Origin: an uncultured virus (IMG/VR IMGVR_UViG_3300015608_001800)
Taxonomy: Duplodnaviria; Heunggongvirae; Uroviricota; Caudoviricetes
DNA: 20,000 nt
Virus record (IMG/VR): IMGVR_UViG_3300015608_001800
Strand: one strand, 5' to 3'
The notes under the pieces are model-generated. The model was not told where the DNA came from. It saw nothing but the letters and a program-made list of their open reading frames with translations, and made no database searches. Positions 1 through 9,760 of this stretch are shown one piece after another. A program made the translations under genes and the position numbers. How positions within the stretch are numbered: the stretch's first letter is position 1; every line of letters starts with the position of its first letter.

Positions 1-1455
1 CAAGTACGGGACATTGGAATTTTGGTATAGTAGTAGATTACTATCTTTATCATACAATTTCACATTAAAATAACCTACGACATTAGATGGTAATTGTTCA
101 TTAATTGACCAATTAACTGTGAAATCTCTACTATCTATTGTACCATAATCATAATCACCGTTATCTGGTTTAGAGTAGGCTAATAAACCAACAATATCCC
201 CAGCTCTAAGTGTTACAAAATCAGGATTAAAGTTGATTCTACCATCAAAAGTTGATAAGAAAAACTCTCTATCTTCCGTTAAAGCAACACCATTTACATA
301 TACTTTAATACTATATTCACTATTGATAGCTCTAGTAGTAAACATCTGTTGTGTTGGTGTAAGACATGATAAGGTACACACATTAATTGTATTATCACCT
401 GGTGTTCTATAATGATCAGTACCATCAAAAGTGAAACCATCAATAAGGATTGTATCCATGAAATACCTCTCAAAACTCATAGGCCATGAATTAGGTTGTG
501 CATTAATATATGTTGCAACAACCGTATCACTAGGTCTAATTACATTACCACCCTCAATAGGTCCAAAAACCTCAACAACTTTAGGCGTTCCCCATCCGTT
601 ATCTATTATTTGGAAATCTCCTTCGGTTGGGCCGTTAAAACTTTGTTTTAACGTGATACCATTTACAGTCAATAACACTTCATTATTTAGTGGATAACCA
701 CCTAAAATCCAATAATTTAAATTACCGTTAATAGCTTGAAAACTCATTTGAGATGATACACCATTAAATAACAATCTTTCAGATACCAAAACATAATTAG
801 GTAAAACCTTTCCTTCAGGTAATGGTAAAATTGGTTCTGGTGGATCGACTACAGTTATAAAATATCTATCTTCACTTTGTACTGTATTAAGTTGTACAGA
901 ACTATTCCAAGTGTTAAAACCGTAACCCACATTACAATCTTTAGATACGAATGTGTAATAAAATCTCATTAGATAATCACCCCATGTATTTGGTAATACC
1001 GAACCTTGAGTGAAATTATGTGTGATAGTACTACTTGTTATAGCACTAAATGGTGTACAATAATTTAATCTTTCACCGACTAATCTTGTTGCTGCACCAC
1101 TAGTTATAAATCTAGAACCATCAAATAATTTATAACATAAATTACCTGTATATCCAGTGTAATCAGTACCACCCGTAATTATAACACTTATATCAAAGGT
1201 TGGTGTATAGTCGAAATTATAAACAGCAGTATCACCTGTAGTACATCCAGTTAACGTAGAAGTTAATCCTGAAACTAATTCTACAGCACCTGAAACTATA
1301 AATTCAGGACTTCTAAAAACTTCAGAGCAAAATTCAACACTAGGGTTAATGTTATAAACATTACTTAAACCTAAGTCACTTAGGAGAACGTTTTCTTTAA
1401 TCAACGTTAAAGAAACTACCTTTTCTTCTTCTTTTTTATTACACAAAAATCCCAT
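1..1455 (-). CDS. Putative virion structural (baseplate/tail-associated) protein, 3'-truncated by window edge, at least 485 aa
   Basis: Manual translation from ATG at 1455 (TAATG overlap with upstream stop) is open to position 1: MGFLCNKKEEEKVVSLTLIKENV...YQNSNVPYL. Two beta-rich repeats (EVLLTVNGITL..GDF; IKVYVNGVALTEDREF) of a kind common in phage tail/baseplate proteins. Absent from the ORF track because no stop lies in the window. Confidence 0.85.
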   Translation of the reverse strand, partial: MGFLCNKKEEEKVVSLTLIKENVLLSDLGLSNVYNINPSVEFCSEVFRSPEFIVSGAVELVSGLTSTLTGCTTGDTAVYNFDYTPTFDISVIITGGTDYTGYTGNLCYKLFDGSRFITSGAATRLVGERLNYCTPFSAITSSTITHNFTQGSVLPNTWGDYLMRFYYTFVSKDCNVGYGFNTWNSSVQLNTVQSEDRYFITVVDPPEPILPLPEGKVLPNYVLVSERLLFNGVSSQMSFQAINGNLNYWILGGYPLNNEVLLTVNGITLKQSFNGPTEGDFQIIDNGWGTPKVVEVFGPIEGGNVIRPSDTVVATYINAQPNSWPMSFERYFMDTILIDGFTFDGTDHYRTPGDNTINVCTLSCLTPTQQMFTTRAINSEYSIKVYVNGVALTEDREFFLSTFDGRINFNPDFVTLRAGDIVGLLAYSKPDNGDYDYGTIDSRDFTVNWSINEQLPSNVVGYFNVKLYDKDSNLLLYQNSNVPYL

Positions 1456-4166
1456 TATGTTACTATTTCTGTTGTTACGTCACTAAATCTAAACCTAGAT
1501 GATGTAAGGTCAACACTTAACTGATCTGTTGTTGGTATCAATACTGTTTCTCTCACCAATCCAAGTTCTTTTATTGGCATTATATAAGGTGTCTCTGTTG
1601 GTATACTTCCTGTCGGTTCCGAACTAGATGTTGTTGTTGATGTGGATGTTGTTGGTACTGGCATCGCACTACTTCCAACACTTCTCGGTGTGGATGGTAG
1701 TAAACCTGGTTGTACAGGTTCTATTGAAATCTCAGCTTCTGTTAATTCAAAATCATAATCACAGACATCTATAACAGTACAAGGTTCATTACACCATCTT
1801 TCACCTGCCACCCAAATTGTTGTTGCTGGAATAAATTGTTCCATAAATGGAATCCAGAAACTTTGGAAGGTCTTTTTATAATTCTCTAAATCATAAAGAT
1901 TTAAATAGGTTACAGTTATTTCCGTCGTAGCTGATGTAGTACCAGTTATGTTATAACAAACAGTTGTGTTAGCCGACAATGTATATCCACTAGGACATGC
2001 TAATGTTGTACCACTAATAGGGCAATCAGCACACATATCAAATGTAAGTCCTAATTCTTTAGAGTTTAATACTAAATTACTGTGTCTTTCTAAAACACTA
2101 GATTGTTCCCAATAATCAGTATATCTCCAAGGTATATCAGCATCTAAACTAGGTGCGAAGGTTCTATTAATATTACCCTCACCATTTAACATACCAAAAT
2201 CACCATCTCCTCTTTCTATGTTATCATATTCTGATATACCAACCAAAGGAGTACCTGGGTTGTATACCCAAGATTTTTTATTATCTATTACTCTTGTAAT
2301 TTCAAAACCTGGACATTGTACATCATTGTAAATGATTGAAGATTCGTCCTTAGGACAATCAACTCTAATATCATCAATGAAGATGTCATAATTACAACAA
2401 CAATTTAATCCTTGGTAAATTTCTAAATAGATTCCAAAATTTAATGTTAAACCAGAAGTTGGTAGTGTTGCTTTAATTTGTACCCATTTATCAAAATAAT
2501 CAGTACTAGAGTTATATTCTTTTACTTGAACTAATGATGCATTTAATAAAGGATCTGTTGTGGTAATCCTAGCTAAAATAGGGTTAAAAATACTATAACA
2601 ACAAGTAGTTGTGGCACTTTGACCAATACCTATTGGCCCAACAGGTTCAATAGGGGTTCCAGAATCAACAACCCTTATACTTCTTTGTACGAATTCAGTC
2701 CCAAGACCGACTTCTATACCACCACCTGTGGTTCCAGTTGTTACAATCACACCTGTATTAGGGGTTAGTGTAATATCACAAACCTCACCATCAATAACTA
2801 TTATATCATCATCTGGTGGATCAGGGATTGGTTGACAAGGGTTTGATGGTTTACCAAAATACACCCACATAGAAAGTTCTAAACTATTAGAACATGCAGG
2901 TATAGTCATATTTTCATTATTCAATGAAAATTGAACTGGTAGACAATCTTCTTTAGGAACTGCATAACACCAAGGACTTTGCCATTCCCAAGGTAAGTTG
3001 TAATCTTTTATTAACCTATTACAACAAGCTTCACCAATGTATTCATCTTTATCTTTATATCCAACAATTTGTATTGGATTGTTATAGAAATCGGTTGTAC
3101 TAATTACCTGTACTTGTGTTATATCAATTTCACATTGATCAACAACAGGTTGACACATACATTGACTAGATGATGTATCCCAATAACCACCAATACTGTC
3201 ACAAATACCTTTTGTAACTACAATAGGGTTGTTAGTGATAGTACCAAAATTAACATAAAAACCACCAGTAACACTTAAAGCGTTAGTAATTAAAAGTCTT
3301 GCCTCAGTTAAATCTGAAACACCATTACCGTTGTTATCGTTTGAATTAAATAAGTTAGCTAATACAAAATTAAATTGTGTGTTGGTTAAACCTAAGCCAC
3401 CACCAACAGATGTTGCGTTTGAAACAAGATAGTTATATCCTTCAGTTGTTGAATAAAAATCTAAAAACTGTTGTAAAGTGTTTATACATTTAGGTTCATA
3501 GTCTTCTTCAACTACTTGATTACAAAAACAAACACCATTTTCCCAAACACCAGGACAACAATCAACATCTAATAAATTACCTGTAGATATTTGTACATAA
3601 AATGTTTGTCCACTATTAGTTACAACGTCTACTAGGTGTTGCCACAAAACTGGATTTGATGTTTGTAAACTTTGACCTCCGTGATTTACGATGTAAGTAT
3701 CATTCCACCAATCAAAATTATTACAATCAACACATACAATATCAGCAGGACATTCTATTATTGGTCTGTAATAACAATTTCTACCATCCCAATAGTATTC
3801 ATGTCCTTCAGCGACAGGACCTATTGCTGTTATGTTACAACAATCAACCGATGTTACACCAAGAACTTGACCATCAATAGCAATCTGATAAGGTCCTTCA
3901 CATACAACTGGTAAATCAAGAGGACTATATACTGTATCAAAATTTGCCGGACTAGCAGTTAATTCATATATACAACAATTTTTACAATCCGAATTAGCGG
4001 AAGAATTATAGTTCACAGCAAGAGGATCGAGACAACCAACTACAATTTGACCATATTCACAACAACCGTTACAAGGTTCTGTTGCAGTAGGGTCATAGTT
4101 GGATGCTAATGGGTCCATACAACCTATTTTTTGAAAGATACTACTTGCGTATACTATTTGTGCCAT
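1455..4166 (-). CDS. Large Cys-rich putative baseplate/tail protein (903 aa)
   Basis: Long ORF in baseplate cluster; two N-terminal GCxDPxAxNY repeats, CC...W...C repeats, DNNGNGVSD motif, FWIPFMEQFIPATTIW segment, Ser/Thr/Pro-rich C-terminal linker. Confidence 0.75.
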   Translation of the reverse strand: MAQIVYASSIFQKIGCMDPLASNYDPTATEPCNGCCEYGQIVVGCLDPLAVNYNSSANSDCKNCCIYELTASPANFDTVYSPLDLPVVCEGPYQIAIDGQVLGVTSVDCCNITAIGPVAEGHEYYWDGRNCYYRPIIECPADIVCVDCNNFDWWNDTYIVNHGGQSLQTSNPVLWQHLVDVVTNSGQTFYVQISTGNLLDVDCCPGVWENGVCFCNQVVEEDYEPKCINTLQQFLDFYSTTEGYNYLVSNATSVGGGLGLTNTQFNFVLANLFNSNDNNGNGVSDLTEARLLITNALSVTGGFYVNFGTITNNPIVVTKGICDSIGGYWDTSSSQCMCQPVVDQCEIDITQVQVISTTDFYNNPIQIVGYKDKDEYIGEACCNRLIKDYNLPWEWQSPWCYAVPKEDCLPVQFSLNNENMTIPACSNSLELSMWVYFGKPSNPCQPIPDPPDDDIIVIDGEVCDITLTPNTGVIVTTGTTGGGIEVGLGTEFVQRSIRVVDSGTPIEPVGPIGIGQSATTTCCYSIFNPILARITTTDPLLNASLVQVKEYNSSTDYFDKWVQIKATLPTSGLTLNFGIYLEIYQGLNCCCNYDIFIDDIRVDCPKDESSIIYNDVQCPGFEITRVIDNKKSWVYNPGTPLVGISEYDNIERGDGDFGMLNGEGNINRTFAPSLDADIPWRYTDYWEQSSVLERHSNLVLNSKELGLTFDMCADCPISGTTLACPSGYTLSANTTVCYNITGTTSATTEITVTYLNLYDLENYKKTFQSFWIPFMEQFIPATTIWVAGERWCNEPCTVIDVCDYDFELTEAEISIEPVQPGLLPSTPRSVGSSAMPVPTTSTSTTTSSSEPTGSIPTETPYIMPIKELGLVRETVLIPTTDQLSVDLTSSRFRFSDVTTEIVT

Positions 4167-4170
4167 TACC

Positions 4171-4179
4171 TATAATTAT
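4171..4179 (-). promoter_or_regulatory. Variant late-promoter-like motif ATAATTATA
   Basis: One mismatch to ATATTTATA, 4 nt upstream of ATG 4166 in a 44-nt intergenic gap. Confidence 0.35.
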
Positions 4180-4210
4180 TTTTTAATCTGTTTTTTTATA
4201 TAATAATATT

Positions 4211-7200
4211 TTAAAATCCACTACAATATAATCCTATCTGCCCTTTTAATGTTGGGGTTGGCCAAGGTGAAACAGGGGTTGGTAATGTCCAAGACAATGA
4301 ACCAAAATTAAGATTATAAACATTATTATTATATTCAAATGTTCTTTCCCATCTTCCATTAGGTGAATTAAATGTTGAATTAGGACTTACATAACTTGTC
4401 AAATTAGGATCCATAAACATAGGTGATGTTAAAGGAGTTTGTCCGATTGGTACATACACTGTTATATAAACCCCGTCTGATGCGTAACTAATACTTCCTA
4501 TCAGATTTATAATCCAAGCACCTCTAGTTTGAGTTCCACTCGCACTGCCTGTAGTACCACAACTAGTATCACCAAACTTTAATGTGAATTCTTGTGAAGT
4601 AGGTTCTTGTTGTACATCTACTAAACATTTTTGTGATGTTACATCAAATGAAACCCCACCCACTTCAGTGTTATAGTTATTACAACAAGTTTGTGATAAT
4701 GATAATCCACCGTATAATACCTCACCATTGATAATACTATAATTTGTATTTTGAACTGCGGTTGTACTACTTTCTATTGGATAATAATACGTTGGTGGAC
4801 ATTGGTAACACTTTTTAACTCCAGGGTTATATGGTTCACCTACATCATTTAATAATTGTGGTAAACCGTACCAACCACCTTTTTCACTACAACAATATTC
4901 TGTTAAATTACTATCGTTTAAGTTAGTAATAGTGTATGGATAAACACTAGATGTATTAACTACTGCCGGACAAACATAACACTTGTTATTATTCCAAGTA
5001 AAACCGTAGTCAGTACAACATTGTTGTGATAAATCAGCCCCACTTAAACCTTCTTTAACTATAGAATTACAAGGTAATGTAGTACAATCTTCTACAAACA
5101 TTATCTCAGTAGGACAATTAGTACAATATTGTTTTAATCCAAATTGGTTGACGTAGGAGGTAGCGTGATAATCCTGCATTGTACCAACACTAGCTATATT
5201 AACAGTACCATCCGTCCAAATACCACCTAATGATGTACAACAATCAGATGAAGTTATACTACCATCACTATTAACCCAAATATGGTTTCCATTTAATATT
5301 GTAGCCCCATCACAAGGATTAGGTAAAGGTTTAACACAATACCCACTACCGTTGATTGTTGTATAAACACCACCTTTCATTTTACAACAAACATTGTTAG
5401 TTATTGGTTTGTCATCACCATCTAATATAAAACATCCATATTTATCAAAAAATCTACTATAAACTTTAACAATGAATGAAGTTGCCTCATCAAGAGATGG
5501 TTGTGTTGCACCCAAACTAATAGCTATGTTAATTATTTGAGTGTCAGTTAAAGTATTTAAATATTCATCAACACTACATACCACTTGTATTGAATTATCA
5601 GGTGGACACCAATAACAAGCATATGTTATTGCTTCAGCTGGTGGTTCTATCCCTATAGTTGCCATCTCAATAATCGTATAGTTTTGTCTTCCTGTAAATT
5701 CCTGAGCTACCGCATCCTGTTGTGGTATACCACCACCATTAATTCTAATACAGTTCGCATCTAAACAATTTTTACCATCCCATACAACATCAAATCCTAA
5801 TGTTTGTCTGTTACAACAACTTTGTGATACTGATACTGTTGCCTTCTCATTTGACATATCTAAGACCACACAAGGTCCAAAAGGACTATCAGGTGAGGTA
5901 ATTGCTAATTGATCTGGTTTAGGACAGACGACAGATGAATTGGATGTTGCCATAGGTAACCAATAATTTTGACAACATTTTTGGTCGGTTAGTGGTTTAT
6001 TTGGAGTTTCTTTATCACCCCTAATATATACTATACCGTCCTCACCATAGATTAAGTTATAAGAACAAGGTTCACATATCGATTTAAGACCAGTTGTGAA
6101 ATTAATTTTCATTGAATACGTATCACCACTTGGTACGCCGTATTTTGGTGCGTTGTTACCACCAATAGCAGTAAGACCAGCTGAATTAACTACAGCGTTA
6201 ACTACAGAACCGTTAGTGTTTAAGGTGTTTGCATATCCTGTACCATAATAAGGAACAGGTAATCCGTTTTGATCGAAGATAAAACTACCTTCATTGTAAT
6301 TGTTGAAGTGATTTTCATTAACTCTTACTGTTGTTGAACCAGTTGCTAATGAACCGAAATCACTTACAAAACATTCAAATTGTGAAAAATATGATTTACC
6401 ATAATCATATGGACCGATATGTGGGTTATTACCAACAGTAGATTCATTTCCACCATTATACCAAAAACCGCCCATTTGAAAGTAATTGTCATTAGTTTCT
6501 GGTAAAACCCTTGGAAAACCATCTATATCGATGGGATAGTTAGATAATCTAACATCATCAACATTTAACCCAGCTAATTCAAATATGGTTATTAATTGGT
6601 CATATACTTTATCGATATCTAATCTATTAGACGCTATATAAACGTACTCATCAAGTGATACCATACATTGTGGTATGTTAAACAACTTGAAGAAAAATTC
6701 TATAACTTTTCTAGTTCCTTTAGATTTAAACAACCACCAAGCATTAATGACTAATCTTCTCCATAGTTCGATATCTAGTTCTTTAGATGATAAACTTCTT
6801 GAGTACCCACTAAAAGGTGTTTCAAAAGAAGGTTGTATTTGTTCTAATAGGTTAAAATTATCAGTACCAGTTGTTAGTAAAACATCAAAACCTAAATTTT
6901 GTGCTATTATCTTAATTAATTCATCAGAGGTGTTATCTAATTTATTATATGTTACAACATTAGCGAATGATATACCATCAATATATTTCTTAACCTCATC
7001 AAATTCTCTACCATAAATTCTTAATAATTTATTAGCCTTTCTACCTGTAACTTCACTACCACCACCGTCTGTATCGTATTCATGGATTGACTCAGCAACA
7101 AACTTTCTAGCCACCAAATCGGTTCTGTATTGGTCGAAAAGATTTGCCATATTAAGCATCTCTTCAACATATAAACCATAATCACGAGTATTAATATCTA

Positions 7201-8104
7201 GGTTATACCCATCAGAAATTGGCCATGTTAATCTTTTTTGATTAAAAACTATAAAACCATCTGCTTCTTTTGGTACACTAAAAGAAGAGGTATATATTGG
7301 AACCGTTAACCTATTTAATAGGATAGATTCAAAATCACTTAAGTTTGTAAAGAATAACTCTACTTCAGTATTGTTAGGTTTAAAATGATAAATTAATTGT
7401 CCAAACGTTGAAGCACTTAAAGACGGGAATGGATTACCTTCCGTTTGTACCCTCAAATAAGGAAATGATGTTGTGTCACCAGTATAACCTACAACATTGA
7501 ATTCACCGTAGTTATTATATATAACATATTTGTTATAATCTCTAGATATGTTAAAGATGTCACTAGGTAATAGATTACTAAAATCTTGGTTATCCGCTGT
7601 TATTAACTCAAAAGGGTTTTGGACGACAGATTTTGGTATTAAAAACGTTGATATATCAGTTCCATTATCATAACTGAAAGATAGAACCGTATTGACCGCC
7701 GTATTAGTAATTTGTGGGTTTAAATATAAAGAACCCTTCCATTTTTGGATTATTTGTTCAATGGTAACTCTAGCAAACTCGTGGAAACTACCGAAATAAA
7801 CATATCTATTAATTTTATTTATATCAAAATTAAGTTTAATGAATATATCATTAGACATTAAAATTTCAGACTGACTTTCAGTTAAATTTAAATTATCTAA
7901 AGAATAATAGTCTGACCATTGACCCCCTAAAGTAAAATTCTTATTAATTTTAGAGTCAAAATTGGTTGTGATTTGGAAGTTACCGAACGTGAAAAGAGAT
8001 ACCCCGTCGGTAAATTGAAAACCAACTAGATTAGGGGAAAAGTCACCCTCTCTCCTTTTATATGCATCCGTTAATGAACGAGGTATTACTTTAACTGTTC
8101 CCAT
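4211..8104 (-). CDS. Putative baseplate wedge protein (P2 gpI / T4 gp7-like N-terminal half) with Cys-rich C-terminal repeats (1297 aa)
   Basis: ELIKIIAQNLGF...LWRRLVINAWWLFKSKGTRKVIEFFFKLF resembles the KGT motif region of gpI/gp7-like wedge proteins; located downstream of gp25- and gp6-like genes; seven CC-containing repeats in C-terminal half. Confidence 0.7.
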   Translation of the reverse strand: MGTVKVIPRSLTDAYKRREGDFSPNLVGFQFTDGVSLFTFGNFQITTNFDSKINKNFTLGGQWSDYYSLDNLNLTESQSEILMSNDIFIKLNFDINKINRYVYFGSFHEFARVTIEQIIQKWKGSLYLNPQITNTAVNTVLSFSYDNGTDISTFLIPKSVVQNPFELITADNQDFSNLLPSDIFNISRDYNKYVIYNNYGEFNVVGYTGDTTSFPYLRVQTEGNPFPSLSASTFGQLIYHFKPNNTEVELFFTNLSDFESILLNRLTVPIYTSSFSVPKEADGFIVFNQKRLTWPISDGYNLDINTRDYGLYVEEMLNMANLFDQYRTDLVARKFVAESIHEYDTDGGGSEVTGRKANKLLRIYGREFDEVKKYIDGISFANVVTYNKLDNTSDELIKIIAQNLGFDVLLTTGTDNFNLLEQIQPSFETPFSGYSRSLSSKELDIELWRRLVINAWWLFKSKGTRKVIEFFFKLFNIPQCMVSLDEYVYIASNRLDIDKVYDQLITIFELAGLNVDDVRLSNYPIDIDGFPRVLPETNDNYFQMGGFWYNGGNESTVGNNPHIGPYDYGKSYFSQFECFVSDFGSLATGSTTVRVNENHFNNYNEGSFIFDQNGLPVPYYGTGYANTLNTNGSVVNAVVNSAGLTAIGGNNAPKYGVPSGDTYSMKINFTTGLKSICEPCSYNLIYGEDGIVYIRGDKETPNKPLTDQKCCQNYWLPMATSNSSVVCPKPDQLAITSPDSPFGPCVVLDMSNEKATVSVSQSCCNRQTLGFDVVWDGKNCLDANCIRINGGGIPQQDAVAQEFTGRQNYTIIEMATIGIEPPAEAITYACYWCPPDNSIQVVCSVDEYLNTLTDTQIINIAISLGATQPSLDEATSFIVKVYSRFFDKYGCFILDGDDKPITNNVCCKMKGGVYTTINGSGYCVKPLPNPCDGATILNGNHIWVNSDGSITSSDCCTSLGGIWTDGTVNIASVGTMQDYHATSYVNQFGLKQYCTNCPTEIMFVEDCTTLPCNSIVKEGLSGADLSQQCCTDYGFTWNNNKCYVCPAVVNTSSVYPYTITNLNDSNLTEYCCSEKGGWYGLPQLLNDVGEPYNPGVKKCYQCPPTYYYPIESSTTAVQNTNYSIINGEVLYGGLSLSQTCCNNYNTEVGGVSFDVTSQKCLVDVQQEPTSQEFTLKFGDTSCGTTGSASGTQTRGAWIINLIGSISYASDGVYITVYVPIGQTPLTSPMFMDPNLTSYVSPNSTFNSPNGRWERTFEYNNNVYNLNFGSLSWTLPTPVSPWPTPTLKGQIGLYCSGF

Positions 8105-9000
8105 TATAAACTTGGAATATTCGTGATTGTGTTAAAATCTTTACTGAAATCAATGTTATTAACCAATTGACGTACTTCGTGTAGTGGTTCACCACTGAAT
8201 TGGTCTTGAACTTCGTATAAGTTATATTGTTTATAAATACGATTTTGGAAGTCGTAGATGGTGTATTTACCATCAACAATAGATTTAATTTGATTACCGT
8301 AAATACCGTAAGCTAATGTTTCAATATCGTACTCAACCATGTCAATTTCTAAACAAACAGGATTGAAAAAGGTGTTAGTGATAGATATCGCTTGTCCAGG
8401 TACACCAATATCAGGAAATTGATTTGGTTTAACATTTGGTGCTGAACTAGGTGTTAGAGTACAAAAAATTAAATTAGAAGTATCATTAAAACGATATCTA
8501 ACTGCCTTTTGTGTTGTATTGGATAAATTAGCATTTACAGGTTCAACCCTGTTAGCTGATGTAATAATTCTAAAAAAGTTAGGTATTCTACTACCAGTTT
8601 CACCATAATATTCTATCCTATAACCAACAAGACTACTCGCGTCTTGTACCCCTAATTGATTAGCATCTAATACAAGTCCCTTAACGTCTGGAAATGCCGC
8701 TAAAACACCACAATCTGTAATTGTTGTTCTAATTTCCCTTGGTTTAATAATAACAGTGTATATACCTTTAGTTGAAAAATTAGCTACTGGTAATTGTAAG
8801 TTATATAAACCGTCAAACAACGGAATACCGTTTGCGTTAGGTGTTGGGTGATTAAACCTAGATATTACTTGACTAGGTACTAATTGTTGTAATGGTATTG
8901 TTGGTTTAGTATCACGAGAAGGTGCGTATGTGAAATAAATTTCCATATCATCTGGACCTGCTGTTGATGGTCTTACTATACCGTAATTTCCTTGGCTCAT
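8104..9000 (-). CDS. Putative structural protein of baseplate cluster (298 aa)
   Basis: Intact ORF with TAATG overlaps at both ends; function inferred from context only. Confidence 0.65.
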   Translation of the reverse strand: MSQGNYGIVRPSTAGPDDMEIYFTYAPSRDTKPTIPLQQLVPSQVISRFNHPTPNANGIPLFDGLYNLQLPVANFSTKGIYTVIIKPREIRTTITDCGVLAAFPDVKGLVLDANQLGVQDASSLVGYRIEYYGETGSRIPNFFRIITSANRVEPVNANLSNTTQKAVRYRFNDTSNLIFCTLTPSSAPNVKPNQFPDIGVPGQAISITNTFFNPVCLEIDMVEYDIETLAYGIYGNQIKSIVDGKYTIYDFQNRIYKQYNLYEVQDQFSGEPLHEVRQLVNNIDFSKDFNTITNIPSL

Positions 9001-9760
9001 TAAATTTCTTTTTTAATAATTTTATTATTTCGTTTATCAATAACTAATAAATCAATTTGTTTGATATTCTCATTAACCCATTTAATTTTTTCGTATTGTT
9101 TCGTATCAATCTTTTTAGTGTATCGGCTTGCTTTCAAGCCAATTAAAACATCATATGTGTAATCAGATTTTATTTCAATTAATTTATTATTAAAATCAAA
9201 ATCTGGATAATAAACACCAAATGGTGTTGTTATAGGCTTACCCTCTTTTGGCAAATCTACCCCATCATTAACTAATTTTTCAATATAAAAACTTTTCAAA
9301 TGTTCCTTGACAAGATAAACCGTTAACAATGTAATTTTTACAAACACCACCAGTTTGTTTTCTTCTACCACTCTTAGCTAATTTTTGCTGGGCTATTGTC
9401 ATATTATCTTTTGTTTTCTGAGATAATTTGACACCAGTTTTAGCTAATGTAGTCGCCTCACTTTTTGTTCGCCTATAATTACAATTACTTAAATATTTGT
9501 TGATAAACGATGCGGTTAAACCAGTTTTTTCAGCTATTTCATCACACGACATATATTCTCGCAAATACATTTCTTTTATAAGGCTTCCCTGTTCTGGTGT
9601 TAAAATAATTTTAACACCGTTACTTTTACCTTTTCTAAGTACCCCATTATCTTTTAATAATTGTTACTTTAGGGTAGCAAATCTACTAAAATGATAACCC
9701 ATCTTTAGTGTATAAAGTAATTATGGTTTTTATTTCAGTATCAGTAAAGGTTAGTTTCAT
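9000..9760 (-). pseudogene. Disrupted homing-endonuclease-like gene: HTH repeats + NUMOD3-like segment + PD-(D/E)XK nuclease
   Basis: Three frames join into one plausible protein: MKLTFTDTEIKTIITLYTKDGLSF (9760-9689, then TAG TAG); LLKDNGVLRKG...MYLREYMSCDEIAEKTG...CQGTFEKF (9660-9288); YIEKLVNDG...YYPDFDFNNKLIEIKS (to TAA at 9000). Lesions at about 9661-9691 and at a T5 run, 9287-9291. Confidence 0.8.

Noticed and set aside
240..432. 13-nt direct repeat TACCATCAAAAGT at 240 and 420
   Set aside because: Two copies only, both in-frame encoding TFDG; not an array.
9251..9686. 10-mer GCAAATCTAC at 9251 and 9677, loosely like a Cas12a repeat end
   Set aside because: Two copies, no spacer periodicity, no cas genes; a 10-mer match is plausible by chance in AT-rich DNA.
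9683..9688. TAG stop-codon reassignment (genetic code 15)
   Set aside because: No intact gene ends in TAG, but long ORFs are complete under the standard code, and reading through TAG TAG here still hits TAA in the wrong frame.
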